Assembly (NCBI GenBank): GCA_964525635.1
Contig: CAZGJX010000030.1
Span: 1-38,721 of the forward strand
DNA: 38,721 nucleotides
Source of the DNA: an uncultured archaeon
GTDB lineage: Archaea; Asgardarchaeota; Lokiarchaeia; Sigyniarchaeales; SOKP01
Direction: 5' to 3'
In this document: positions 26,585 to 36,099 of the stretch, piece after piece
Layout: each line of letters opens with the position of its first letter
Numbering within the stretch: the stretch's first letter is position 1
The notes under the pieces: generated by a model
The model's input: only the letters and a program-made list of their open reading frames with translations
Database searches by the model: none
What the model was told of the DNA's origin: nothing
Position numbers and translations under genes: made by a program

Positions 26585-27382
26585 ATGCAAACTTATCCAG
26601 AATTAAAATTTCTGATTGTAATTTTAGGAATAATAACTTTATTTATTACTGTAATAGTTTATTTTAAACGTAAGGATTTAAAATATTATTTTTTAGTTTA
26701 TATTATATCTACAATTGGAACTTTTATTGATGCGGGAACAGAAATAATGGATCCTGGAGGAATTGGAAATTCGTTTAAGGATATATTCTATTTTTCAGGG
26801 GCTCTAATATTATTCGTTACAATCTTTAAAGAATATTTTGATATATTTCTCAAGAATAATTATTCTGAAGCCAAATTAAGATCAATTGGAATATTTTCCA
26901 TTTTTTCAAATCTATTTATTATTTTTTATGTACTTGAAGTAATTACATGCATATTCTTATCTATATGTGTTATTATGTTGTTAAAAATCTATTTCAAGAA
27001 AAAAACCATCACCCATGCCTTTATAAGTCTTTCTATTTTTCCTGTGCTGTTAGCGGGAATTTTAAATATATTTAAACAAGCACGATATAATAATTTAGAA
27101 GTATATGTTGTAGGTCTTAATATGATTTTTTATACTGTAGTTCTCACAACAGTTATTGTTGCATTATTAGATCAAAAACTTTTAGTTGCTAAAACTGAAA
27201 AACTCTATATGAAAGATAAGTATTCTCATGAGTTAGGAAATATTTTTCACACAATTTCTATGGCGTATGAACTTATGACAATATCAAATAGTAAAGATAG
27301 TTTACAGGATGAAATGGATATAATAATTAAAAAAAAAATCAATGAAGCATCTGAACTTGTTAAATTTATCCGAAATTTATGA
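26585..27382 (+). CDS. Membrane protein with 6-7 TM helices, ending in a HisKA-like H-box hairpin without an ATPase domain
   Basis: Hydrophobic aa 1-195, then KDKYSHELGNIF and a second helix (INEASELVKFIRNL), then the stop. Confidence 0.8.
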   Translation: MQTYPELKFLIVILGIITLFITVIVYFKRKDLKYYFLVYIISTIGTFIDAGTEIMDPGGIGNSFKDIFYFSGALILFVTIFKEYFDIFLKNNYSEAKLRSIGIFSIFSNLFIIFYVLEVITCIFLSICVIMLLKIYFKKKTITHAFISLSIFPVLLAGILNIFKQARYNNLEVYVVGLNMIFYTVVLTTVIVALLDQKLLVAKTEKLYMKDKYSHELGNIFHTISMAYELMTISNSKDSLQDEMDIIIKKKINEASELVKFIRNL

Positions 27383-27766
27383 GCTAATGACTTTTCACAG
27401 ATTTTAAAAAGTTATTAGTTTCATTTATAGTAAATTATATATATTTTAAATAAAATACTATTCTTTTAATACAATTAGTTAATTTGAATAAACCTTTTAT
27501 ATAATTTTTTTTTTTTTTCTGACCTAAGAATTAAAGCTTAGGTTTTGAAATGTCTTTAATGTTATTTCATTATATTCAATCCTAAAATAAAAATATAAAA
27601 ATATCAATCTTTTATTTTATCATTAATTCGAAACCTTATTTTTTAGAGGTAAATACTTAGGAATGAGAAATAATAAATAAAAGGAAATAAGGAATCTTTT
27701 AGAGTTTCTAAAGGATAATTCTGAAGAAGAACTATTAGAGATCTTAGAAATCCATTAAAAGGTTTA

Positions 27767-27982
27767 TTATTCCTTATTTGATTGGTTTTTTTTTGCTTCT
27801 TCATCTACAGCAGCCCCAATTGCGACTCCCCCACCAAATCCAACAGCCATACCTATACTTATACCAACAGCTATATTATTAAAAATTACTCCAAATACTA
27901 ATCCAAGAGCAGTACCAATCAGAGCACCTACTACCATTACAATACTTATTTTCTTTTTTATCTTATTTTGATTATTCTCCAT
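27767..27982 (-). CDS. Small glycine-zipper membrane protein (2 TM)
   Basis: GALIGTALGLVFG and GISIGMAVGFGGGVAIGA are GxxxG repeats; charged termini. Confidence 0.8.
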   Translation of the reverse strand: MENNQNKIKKKISIVMVVGALIGTALGLVFGVIFNNIAVGISIGMAVGFGGGVAIGAAVDEEAKKNQSNKE

Positions 27983-28157
27983 TTTCTATATCAACAAAAG
28001 AATATAAATTGTTATTTTAATCTATGATCTCAATTAATAACTCAATAAAAATTTCCTCTTTTATATAGTTTGTGCTGCTAGAGCTTTTTCTTCTTAGATT
28101 TTCATTTGAACTCTAATGAAAAGAAAAGAATAGATCCTTAAATTTTTTCATAGACAT

Positions 28158-28364
28158 TTATGAATTATTCGACTTTAAATCCTTTTTTTGGATGGATAGA
28201 TATCGTAATACCAAACCACATGCCGTATTAAAGAAAATCATAATAGAAATCATTAATAGAAGAATATCATAGATGATGAAACATAAGAAAGTTAAACATA
28301 GACCTAATAACAAAATAATAAAAACAATTTTTTGATAATCCTTGAATTTAATTTTTATGCCCAA
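28158..28364 (-). CDS. Small 2-TM hypothetical protein
   Basis: 68-aa ORF with a TTG start, 19 bp after the SNF2 gene; two hydrophobic segments with basic flanks. Confidence 0.5.
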   Translation of the reverse strand: MGIKIKFKDYQKIVFIILLLGLCLTFLCFIIYDILLLMISIMIFFNTACGLVLRYLSIQKKDLKSNNS

Positions 28365-28383
28365 AAAAGGTTTTATATCCTTA

Positions 28384-31300
28384 TTATTTAAAGTTTAATA
28401 AAGCAAAAGCTATTAACTTAGTATTTAATTTTCCTTGGTTTTTTTTTATCATATCATTTTTAAGATCAGTATAAAAAAAAGAGAGATTATCTAATTTTTT
28501 GTCTAATTTAATAATAATATTCTTCATAAATCGAATTTGTTCCTCTAATTCTTGTATTTGGTTTAACCGCTTTTGTCTTTGTTTCTCATCTTTTAAGCTA
28601 TTAATTCTGTTTAATTGTTTTTCATTTGGGAGATTATCAATTTTTCTTTTAAGTTTTATATTGAGAATATTTTTTTTCTTTTCTAACACTTTTTTTTTAT
28701 AATGATATAATTTCTCTTTTTTATTAATATCAAGGTTGAAAATTTTATCATTTAATGTTGTTATTTCATTTTTCCAGTTTAAGTTTTTTTTCTTTACCAA
28801 ATTCCTAGCTTTTTGACGTAAATCGATAATTCTATTTTTCCCAATATTAGGAAATCTTATATTTTGATTATTAAAATTGTATAATATATCATAATCTTTA
28901 ATATCTAATATGATCTCTTCAAGATTTTTAAGTTCAATTCCTCTTTCATCAACAATAATCGCAGTTATTACATTTTCTATAATATATCCATGAAATGAAT
29001 TGTTAAATACAAAAAGGAATAAAATATCATTATTATCATCAATAATAGTATTATTTTTGTTAATTACATCCTTATTTAAAGTTAGAATCGAGAAACTTCC
29101 TGAAAAAGTCTCCCCAATACAAAATTCAATAATAGAATTAATTAAAGGATGACCTAAAGCAAAGAAGTCTATTTCTTCCTTATTTTTAGCAATTTCCAAA
29201 TCAAAAGTACCATAATACTCTTCTAAAAGCTTTTGATAAGAATGGTTTTGTAAAACCTCTTTTAATACTATTTTTGATTCATAATTAATCGGATTTTCAT
29301 TATTTTTTATAGTAGAATTAAGGTTTTGAATATAACCAAATTTATTACTATTAAGATTAAAAAATAAGTTAATTAAAAGAAATAATTCATTATGACTTAA
29401 TTTGACATCTTCACATGAAGAAATAAATGAGATTAAATCTTTCATTTGAAATGATTTTTTATCAATTATAAAGTCATCAAGTTGCATTTCGATTTCTGTT
29501 AAATTTTTTAATTGATTTTCCAGATCAAAATTAAATTCTCTCAGTTTTCTCTGCTTTTGCTCAGGTTCAGAAAAGATTAGGTCCTTAAAATCCTTTTCAA
29601 TACTTCCAATAATAGGTTCAAGATAACCTATAGATTCCTCAAAGAGATTAATCCTTTTATTTAAAGCAAATAGTATATCTGCCTCGATAGTCCCCTCCAT
29701 AAAGAGATTATAAATATATAATTTCCTAGATTTTTGACCAATCCGATCAAGTCTCCCTATTCTTTGTTCGAGTTTCATAGGATTCCATGGGAGATCATAA
29801 TTAATAAGGACTCGACAGAACTGAAAATTTCTTCCTTCGCCACCTATTTCAGTTGAAAGTAAAATAGATAATTTTTCACTATTTCTAAATCGTTCTACAG
29901 CTTCATATTTTTCAATCTTATTTAATCCTCCATAAAAAGTCTCGATAGTATATAGATTATGATTTTTCATTAACAAATCCTTCAAATAAAGTAGAGTATC
30001 AACAAATTGGGTAAACACCAAGATTTTTTCTTCAGGATTGTTTTTATATATTTGATTAATAATCTCAAGGAATTTATCTGATTTTGAATCATATGGTATT
30101 GCAACTAATTTAGAATGAAATTCTCTAAGAATATTTTCTTGATTAAGAACATTCATAAAATTTTTATTAGTTCTAGCGGACTTTGGTTTTAAAATATCAA
30201 TTTTAGATTCTATATCAAGGTATTCTTCTTCTAATTCAGATTGAAAAAATTCAGGGTCATCATATTTGATATGCTTAAATTCTTCTGAAATGTTTTTTAG
30301 ATTATTAATTTGTTTTAATCTCCTTTCAAGGCTATTTAAAATAGCATATTTAGAACTAGTAAGTAGTTTCTGTAGAGTGGTTATTACAAAACCGATCCCA
30401 GGATTTTTATTACTCATAGCAGAATTATAGATTTTTGCTAAATATAGACGGATTTCATTATAAATATCTAATTCTTCTTTAGTAGGATGAAGCATTATCG
30501 TCTTTACAATTCTTTCATTCAATAGATCTTTTGGAAAGATATTTTTTTTTCTGTTTCTGATTAGAAATTTTGATAATGTATGATCCTTTTCTAAATTTCC
30601 AATTAAAAGAGATTTAGCATCTGAATTTTTAATATATTGAATTATTTCTTTATTTGATTGATTTTCATTTATATACCCAAATTCTTTTAATAATTTAATG
30701 GTATTTTTTAATTCAAATGTATTTAATTTATCAATTTGGTTTATATTTGAAGCTAAAAGATTAATAAAGGGTATATTCTTTCTAAAATGTTCAAAATCAG
30801 AAAAATTTCTAAATAATTCTGGATGAATAAGCTCTATTAATGAAAATAATTCAAATGAATGAAGTTGTAATGGCGTAGCAGTTAATAATAATAAACTTTC
30901 ACAATTTTCACTTAATTTTTTAGCCAAAGAAAAATTCATTGTTTCTCTATAATTACAAGTTGTTATATTTGTTGAATATCTTCGTAAATGATGTGCTTCA
31001 TCAAAAATAACTACATCCCATGAAATTTGAGATAATAAATCTCGATATTTAGGATTTCTGGCAAAGTGAAGTGAACATATAATAAGATTATCATAATAAA
31101 ATGGATTTTCTAATTGGTTTGAATATTTATTTGTTCCTTTTTTTTTAAGATTCTTATATCTTTTTCCATCATATATTATAAAATCTATATTAAACTTATT
31201 TTTCATTTCAAATTGCCATTGCTTTACCAAAGTAGCTGGTACAATTATCAAAATCCTTTCAACTAAATTCCTTGCAATCATTTCTTTCATATATATTCCC

Positions 31301-32004
31301 GCTTCAATAGTTTTCCCAAGACCAACTTCATCCGCTAAAATTACCCTTGGGAAAAATTCTTCTGAAAGTCTATGAGCTACATTAATTTGATGTGGCATTA
31401 AAGTTAATCTTGAATTGGTTATACATTTAATATGATGAGATTTATAATATGAATTAAATAAATTTGCCCAATATCTAATTAGGAAGTTTTTAGGAGGATC
31501 AATATCCTTTTCTATTAATTGGTTTTTTAAGTTGGATAAAGGTTTTAGGATGATTTCAGATTCATAAATTTGTGAAGTCTTTCCATTTGGTAATAATACC
31601 TCATAAGAAAGCTTACCATCTTTAATTAAGATTTCAGAAGAATTAATTATTCCATTTTGATTTTTAAATTTGATTTCTTCATTGATTCGAAATATATAAT
31701 GTATTAAATCAATAGGATGGATGATTTTAGAAAGATTATTTTTAAATTTTACTTTAAATTTAACAATGAAAGAGAGATCTTCCTCATCAAAGGATTTAGA
31801 AGTTGGGATTTTGATTTTTTTAACTATTTTCCCTATCCCAAAATTTGGATTTAATCTATACAAAACTAAATTATCTTCATTAAATTCTTTTCCATTACAA
31901 TATATGTTAAAACATTTAGAAAATCTCGAAATCAGACTATTATTACAAAAAGGACATTTATATTTTAGTTGAATATCAATTTCATTCTCAAAATCTTTAT
32001 CCAT
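28384..32004 (-). CDS. SNF2-family (RapA/HepA-like) ATPase with an N-terminal Cys4 motif and a C-terminal coiled coil
   Basis: Motifs: LMPHQ, ILADEVGLGKTIEAG, VPATL..QW, DEAHH, LLLTATPLQ, KILVFTQF, STEIGGEGRNFQF, NYDLPWNPMKLEQRIGRLDRIGQ, plus RapA-like GTF..GHPLI. Confidence 0.93.
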   Translation of the reverse strand: MDKDFENEIDIQLKYKCPFCNNSLISRFSKCFNIYCNGKEFNEDNLVLYRLNPNFGIGKIVKKIKIPTSKSFDEEDLSFIVKFKVKFKNNLSKIIHPIDLIHYIFRINEEIKFKNQNGIINSSEILIKDGKLSYEVLLPNGKTSQIYESEIILKPLSNLKNQLIEKDIDPPKNFLIRYWANLFNSYYKSHHIKCITNSRLTLMPHQINVAHRLSEEFFPRVILADEVGLGKTIEAGIYMKEMIARNLVERILIIVPATLVKQWQFEMKNKFNIDFIIYDGKRYKNLKKKGTNKYSNQLENPFYYDNLIICSLHFARNPKYRDLLSQISWDVVIFDEAHHLRRYSTNITTCNYRETMNFSLAKKLSENCESLLLLTATPLQLHSFELFSLIELIHPELFRNFSDFEHFRKNIPFINLLASNINQIDKLNTFELKNTIKLLKEFGYINENQSNKEIIQYIKNSDAKSLLIGNLEKDHTLSKFLIRNRKKNIFPKDLLNERIVKTIMLHPTKEELDIYNEIRLYLAKIYNSAMSNKNPGIGFVITTLQKLLTSSKYAILNSLERRLKQINNLKNISEEFKHIKYDDPEFFQSELEEEYLDIESKIDILKPKSARTNKNFMNVLNQENILREFHSKLVAIPYDSKSDKFLEIINQIYKNNPEEKILVFTQFVDTLLYLKDLLMKNHNLYTIETFYGGLNKIEKYEAVERFRNSEKLSILLSTEIGGEGRNFQFCRVLINYDLPWNPMKLEQRIGRLDRIGQKSRKLYIYNLFMEGTIEADILFALNKRINLFEESIGYLEPIIGSIEKDFKDLIFSEPEQKQRKLREFNFDLENQLKNLTEIEMQLDDFIIDKKSFQMKDLISFISSCEDVKLSHNELFLLINLFFNLNSNKFGYIQNLNSTIKNNENPINYESKIVLKEVLQNHSYQKLLEEYYGTFDLEIAKNKEEIDFFALGHPLINSIIEFCIGETFSGSFSILTLNKDVINKNNTIIDDNNDILFLFVFNNSFHGYIIENVITAIIVDERGIELKNLEEIILDIKDYDILYNFNNQNIRFPNIGKNRIIDLRQKARNLVKKKNLNWKNEITTLNDKIFNLDINKKEKLYHYKKKVLEKKKNILNIKLKRKIDNLPNEKQLNRINSLKDEKQRQKRLNQIQELEEQIRFMKNIIIKLDKKLDNLSFFYTDLKNDMIKKNQGKLNTKLIAFALLNFK

Positions 32005-32134
32005 AATGAGTTTTAGTTTATTTTAAATATCTAATGATTAAATTTTAAATTATTATTTATTATAAGTGAAGAATCCAAATGAAATGAATTTTATCCTTTA
32101 ATTAGTTAAAATTAGAATGATGAATTGATTTCAT

Positions 32135-32462
32135 TTATTTATTTAATAAAGTTGGTGTACCTTCTATATTGTATTGGTAAAATTTCTTATCATAAGGGAT
32201 ATGTATTTGAATTTGCTTAATATTTACCACTTGCTCTTATTGAACCAAAACTGTTTTCTGTTTTTATAAAGCTACAAAACTCAAAATTATTATTGTCTTT
32301 TATTTGATTAAATTTAGGTCGTGAAGTTTTGGTGCAGCACCAATATTTATTATTGTATGGAATTATGGAGATTATCCTTAGCTTAGGCTTATCATTATCT
32401 ATGGTAGCAAGACTTACTGTCTCAAGCTTGTTTAAAAAACCAAATATTTGTTGAACTTTCAT
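32135..32462 (-). pseudogene. Disrupted pyridoxamine 5'-phosphate oxidase-like (split-barrel FMN/F420-binding) gene
   Basis: The N-half is typical (VSLATID.DKP.LR, T....KFNQIK.N..FEF, IRASG) but stops at 81 aa. A shifted frame continues IKQIQIHIPYDKKFYQYNIE... to TAA at 32135. Confidence 0.65.
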
Positions 32463-32509
32463 GATAAATAATTAACTATTAAATTATAATTAAAAAGTAA
32501 AAAAATAGG

Positions 32510-33085
32510 TTATTTAAATTTTATATATTTTAAAATACGATATAATCCAAAACAGCCTATAAATATCATAAAGAAAGAAAAAGAAGTCCAGAGAATCACA
32601 TTAGAAGGTAATTCAGGATTTCTCAAGTTAAACCACAAAAGTGCATTATAATAGATAAGAACTAAATTACTTATAATAAGAGTGATAATTAAAGTTATTC
32701 TGAATAATTTTAAACTTGATGTGAAAGGATTCATTTTCCTTCCCATATAAAACAAAATTATAAACATCTCAGAAAAAAGAAAACCTTCAAGAAAAATAAC
32801 AATGGCAAGGTGTTGGAGCCAATTTCTTGCCTTACCAGGTCCTGCAGAAACAAAAAACTGATTAAATATATCTTCATGATAATATTGAAGATAAACAGTC
32901 CAAAAAAAGAAAATAATTCCAATAAGAGTAATTATTAGAGAAATAATAATCATTACTTTCAATAATTTTAATCCTGGTCCTAGTGGTTCTTTCTTTGGAT
33001 GGGAGTCTATTGTAGATTCATTTTTTATTTTCATTGAAAAATATCGACCTTTTTTATCATTAAAATTTTTAGTTAATCTAAACAT
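32510..33085 (-). CDS. 4-TM hypothetical membrane protein
   Basis: Four hydrophobic helices. Alternative start ATG at 33034. Confidence 0.75.
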   Translation of the reverse strand: MFRLTKNFNDKKGRYFSMKIKNESTIDSHPKKEPLGPGLKLLKVMIIISLIITLIGIIFFFWTVYLQYYHEDIFNQFFVSAGPGKARNWLQHLAIVIFLEGFLFSEMFIILFYMGRKMNPFTSSLKLFRITLIITLIISNLVLIYYNALLWFNLRNPELPSNVILWTSFSFFMIFIGCFGLYRILKYIKFK

Positions 33086-33400
33086 AATTATAATCCTATA
33101 TCTATATGTTTTTTATTATTATTATTTGGATATAATTAGATATATATTTTTTTAAATATTAAAATAATCAATAGACCAATTTTTATCTGTTACTTTTATA
33201 TTAAAATTGAGTTTCCACTATATCATTTCATTTAGACCTTATTATAATTAATTTCAGACAGATCTTTTAGATATGTAATTTTAATAATAATTAGATTAAA
33301 AATTAAACAACTATTTTTAGTAATAAGTATAAGGTTTTAAGCTTTAAAAAAAAATTTAATCATATCAGAAACATTAATTTATGAATAAGAGGTTTCTAAA

Positions 33401-34513
33401 ATGAATGAATCAAAAACTGAAAAAAAAAAAAAAATTATTAAAGTTTTTGTTAGTCTTAATAGAGAAATAATTAAGACCGAATTATGTTGTGCTTGTGGTG
33501 CTTGTGTTGCCTATTGTGATGGTCAAGATTTTAATGTAATTAAAATGGAAGATTTTACACCTCAATATAAATCTAATGAGACTAAGCGTAATTGTACGTT
33601 ATGTGGAATGTGTTATTCTATTTGTCCTCAAACAGATACTTTAAGGGAAGAATTAAATGAATCCTTAAAGATCAATAATGAAATAGGGCATATAGATAAT
33701 TTAGTAATAGCAAAAACAACAAATAGCTCAATTGAAAAGGTAGCACAGGATGGTGGAATAGTCACTACAACTTTACAATATCTATTCGATGAAAACAGAA
33801 TTGATGCTGCTATTGTGTCATTTTATGATAAAGATTTAAAACCTTCTCCAAAGATTATTTTCAATAAAGAAGCACTACTAAAGTCAGCAGGAACTCGTTA
33901 TTCTATATCTCCTCAAATTCTTCCACTAAAAGACTTAAATAAGATTTCTCAAGAAATTCTAATGGATAAAGGTATCAATGAAGTTGATCAGCTCAGAGTT
34001 GCTTTTGTTGGAACTCCTTGTCAAGCCAAAGCTGTAAGAAAAATGCAGTTTTTAAATCTTAAACCTGCCCACGTTATAAAATATATTATTGGACTTTTCT
34101 GTTTTGAAAATTTTCATTATGATAAACTATATGAATTGTTGGAAAAAGAAACAAATTTTAAACCTTCAGATATGAAACGTACATTTATTGATAAGAAATT
34201 CTTTGTTCAAACTAAAGATGATAAAGAATTTGAAGTACTATTAAAGAATTTAGATCCAGCTGTAAGAAAGAACTGTTTAAATTGTGATGACTTCACTGCG
34301 AAATATTCTGATATTAGTGTTGGATCTGTAGGGGCTTCAAAAGGTTATTCAATGATAGTTATTCGTAATAAAAAGGGACAAGAAATAATTGATGATCTTC
34401 TTAATAACAATTATATTGAAAAATCAAGCTCCCCGATTGAAGACATTAATGAATGGATTGAGAAAAAGAAATCTTTATTCAAAAGAATGATTTCAATAAA
34501 GAAGAAGAAATAA
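33401..34513 (+). CDS. Coenzyme F420 hydrogenase/dehydrogenase beta-subunit family protein (FrhB/FpoF-like) with an N-terminal 2x[4Fe-4S] domain
   Basis: Motifs: CCACGACVAYC, CTLCGMCYSICP, AQDGGIVT, SAGTRY, VAFVGTPCQ, IGLFCFENF, CLNCDDF...SDISVGSVG. Confidence 0.93.
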   Translation: MNESKTEKKKKIIKVFVSLNREIIKTELCCACGACVAYCDGQDFNVIKMEDFTPQYKSNETKRNCTLCGMCYSICPQTDTLREELNESLKINNEIGHIDNLVIAKTTNSSIEKVAQDGGIVTTTLQYLFDENRIDAAIVSFYDKDLKPSPKIIFNKEALLKSAGTRYSISPQILPLKDLNKISQEILMDKGINEVDQLRVAFVGTPCQAKAVRKMQFLNLKPAHVIKYIIGLFCFENFHYDKLYELLEKETNFKPSDMKRTFIDKKFFVQTKDDKEFEVLLKNLDPAVRKNCLNCDDFTAKYSDISVGSVGASKGYSMIVIRNKKGQEIIDDLLNNNYIEKSSSPIEDINEWIEKKKSLFKRMISIKKKK

Positions 34514-34537
34514 GGTTTTATCTAAACCTTATTTCTT
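34505..34537 (+). terminator. Perfect 14-bp inverted repeat across the stop codon of the FrhB-like gene
   Basis: AAGAAATAAGGTTT-TATCT-AAACCTTATTTCTT. A terminator or mRNA-stability role is inferred from position only. Confidence 0.45.
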
Positions 34538-34871
34538 GGAAAAAATAATAAAATAGGGGATCATTGGTATGCCCTCAAATGATTCTTTTTTTTATTATAT
34601 TTTTACAAGTATATATTAATTTTAATTTCTGAATATAAAAAAGATCTATAGACCAATTTTTAATTTTTAAAATTAAGTTTATTATGATATAGATAGAGGA
34701 GTTTAGAATTAAATTATACTATATTAAGATTTTATGGATTAATTTTTTAATACATACAAGATTTTAAATAATTATAGTTTTCCATTATTTCATATAAAAA
34801 AAAGGAAAGTTGAAAATCCTTTATATAGATAGATATAAGTCTAAAAATCAATCTTTTTAATATATCGAATA

Positions 34872-35087
34872 TTGGAATTTAAAATAACCCATAAAAAGAT
34901 AGCAGTAGTTTTAAAATTGATACTTATTATTATTATGATTATTGGTTTTTGTCTCATTTTGACTATAGGCACTTATTTCTCCTATTATTTTATCAAAAAA
35001 GTCATTTTAAAAAGAAGAAAAAAAAGAATTTTTTATGAAAATGAGATATTGAAAAGACAATATAATTATGTAAAAATTAGACTTTAA
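34872..35087 (+). CDS. Possible small single-pass membrane protein
   Basis: 71 aa, TTG start, hydrophobic stretch followed by a basic cluster (KRRKKR). Confidence 0.4.
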   Translation: MEFKITHKKIAVVLKLILIIIMIIGFCLILTIGTYFSYYFIKKVILKRRKKRIFYENEILKRQYNYVKIRL

Positions 35088-35147
35088 GAAAGATTCTTTA
35101 CAGAAAATAATGTTAATATTTTAAGTCATATTGTTGAAGAATCAAAA

Positions 35148-35849
35148 ATGTATAATTTTTCTAAAATTTATTCTAATGCTTTAAAATTATTAGAATTCTG
35201 TAAAGATATGAAAAAAATAACAGATTCCAATCTAAGGACTAAAACTATTTTTAAAGTTCTACAAGATGCTAAATATTTAACGAAAAAAGGAGATAAATAT
35301 TTTTTAAAGAATTCTTATTTAATAGCTATCGAATATTGGAAAGAAAGTATTAATATTCATAAATTTATATTAAGAGAATGTTCTATTCCTTCTGAAAAAG
35401 AAAGATTAGTCTATAGCTTGCTCTATCTAGAAAATAAGATAATATTTGCATTTTTAATAAGAAGTGAAAAATATTGTCTTTTAGCCAAAGAAGCAATAGA
35501 AAATGGAAATCTTCAACAAACTAAAAAAGATTTAACAATTTCAATTGACTCTTACCAAAATGCATTAGCAGAATTAAAGAAATTTAAATTATTTTTTCAA
35601 GAAAAAAATAGACAAATCCCATTGAGAGGTTCAGATTCAGCATTGAACAAATTCAATATATTTTTTCTTCCTCAGGGAATAAAAATTGTTCTCTTTAATA
35701 CAGTAATAATTCTTAAAAGTTCTTTTTCGTTAGAAGAGGAGGAATTACCTTTATCTATTGGCTTATGCTATGCATCCATAAAGAAATTAAAAGAACATCT
35801 AAATAGTCTGGAGTCTTCTGTAAATTATAAATTATTAAATTATAACTAA
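35148..35849 (+). CDS. Hypothetical helical (TPR-like) protein
   Basis: 233 aa with repeated A...W/Y..S/A helical patterns (AIEYWKESI; SIDSYQNAL). Confidence 0.6.
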   Translation: MYNFSKIYSNALKLLEFCKDMKKITDSNLRTKTIFKVLQDAKYLTKKGDKYFLKNSYLIAIEYWKESINIHKFILRECSIPSEKERLVYSLLYLENKIIFAFLIRSEKYCLLAKEAIENGNLQQTKKDLTISIDSYQNALAELKKFKLFFQEKNRQIPLRGSDSALNKFNIFFLPQGIKIVLFNTVIILKSSFSLEEEELPLSIGLCYASIKKLKEHLNSLESSVNYKLLNYN

Positions 35850-36099
35850 CCATTGAAAAAGGTAAATTAATTCTTGAATGAGTGTTAAAAATCTTTTATA
35901 AATAAATAAAAAACTCTTATAATTCTAGAATTGATTCTGAAAATTTTAGTTATTTTCTATAAATAATTAATAATTTTGTTTAATTATAAGGATCTTTAAA
36001 ATAAAGCTTAATGAACAAACTAATATACTCTCAATTTTTTATATAAATTGAGATATTAAGTTATTGATTAATAAAAAATTATTACAAGATAGTGATAAA

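Noticed and set aside
28499-31972. ORFs 28499..28702 and 31721..31972 (+)
   Set aside because: Antisense shadows of the SNF2 gene.
22361-32004. DISARM/restriction-modification-like defence island (DPPF methyltransferase plus SNF2 ATPase)
   Set aside because: The genes are 5.5 kb apart with unrelated genes between. The methyltransferase is only 170 aa with no target-recognition domain, and no DrmA/B, nuclease or PLD gene is visible.
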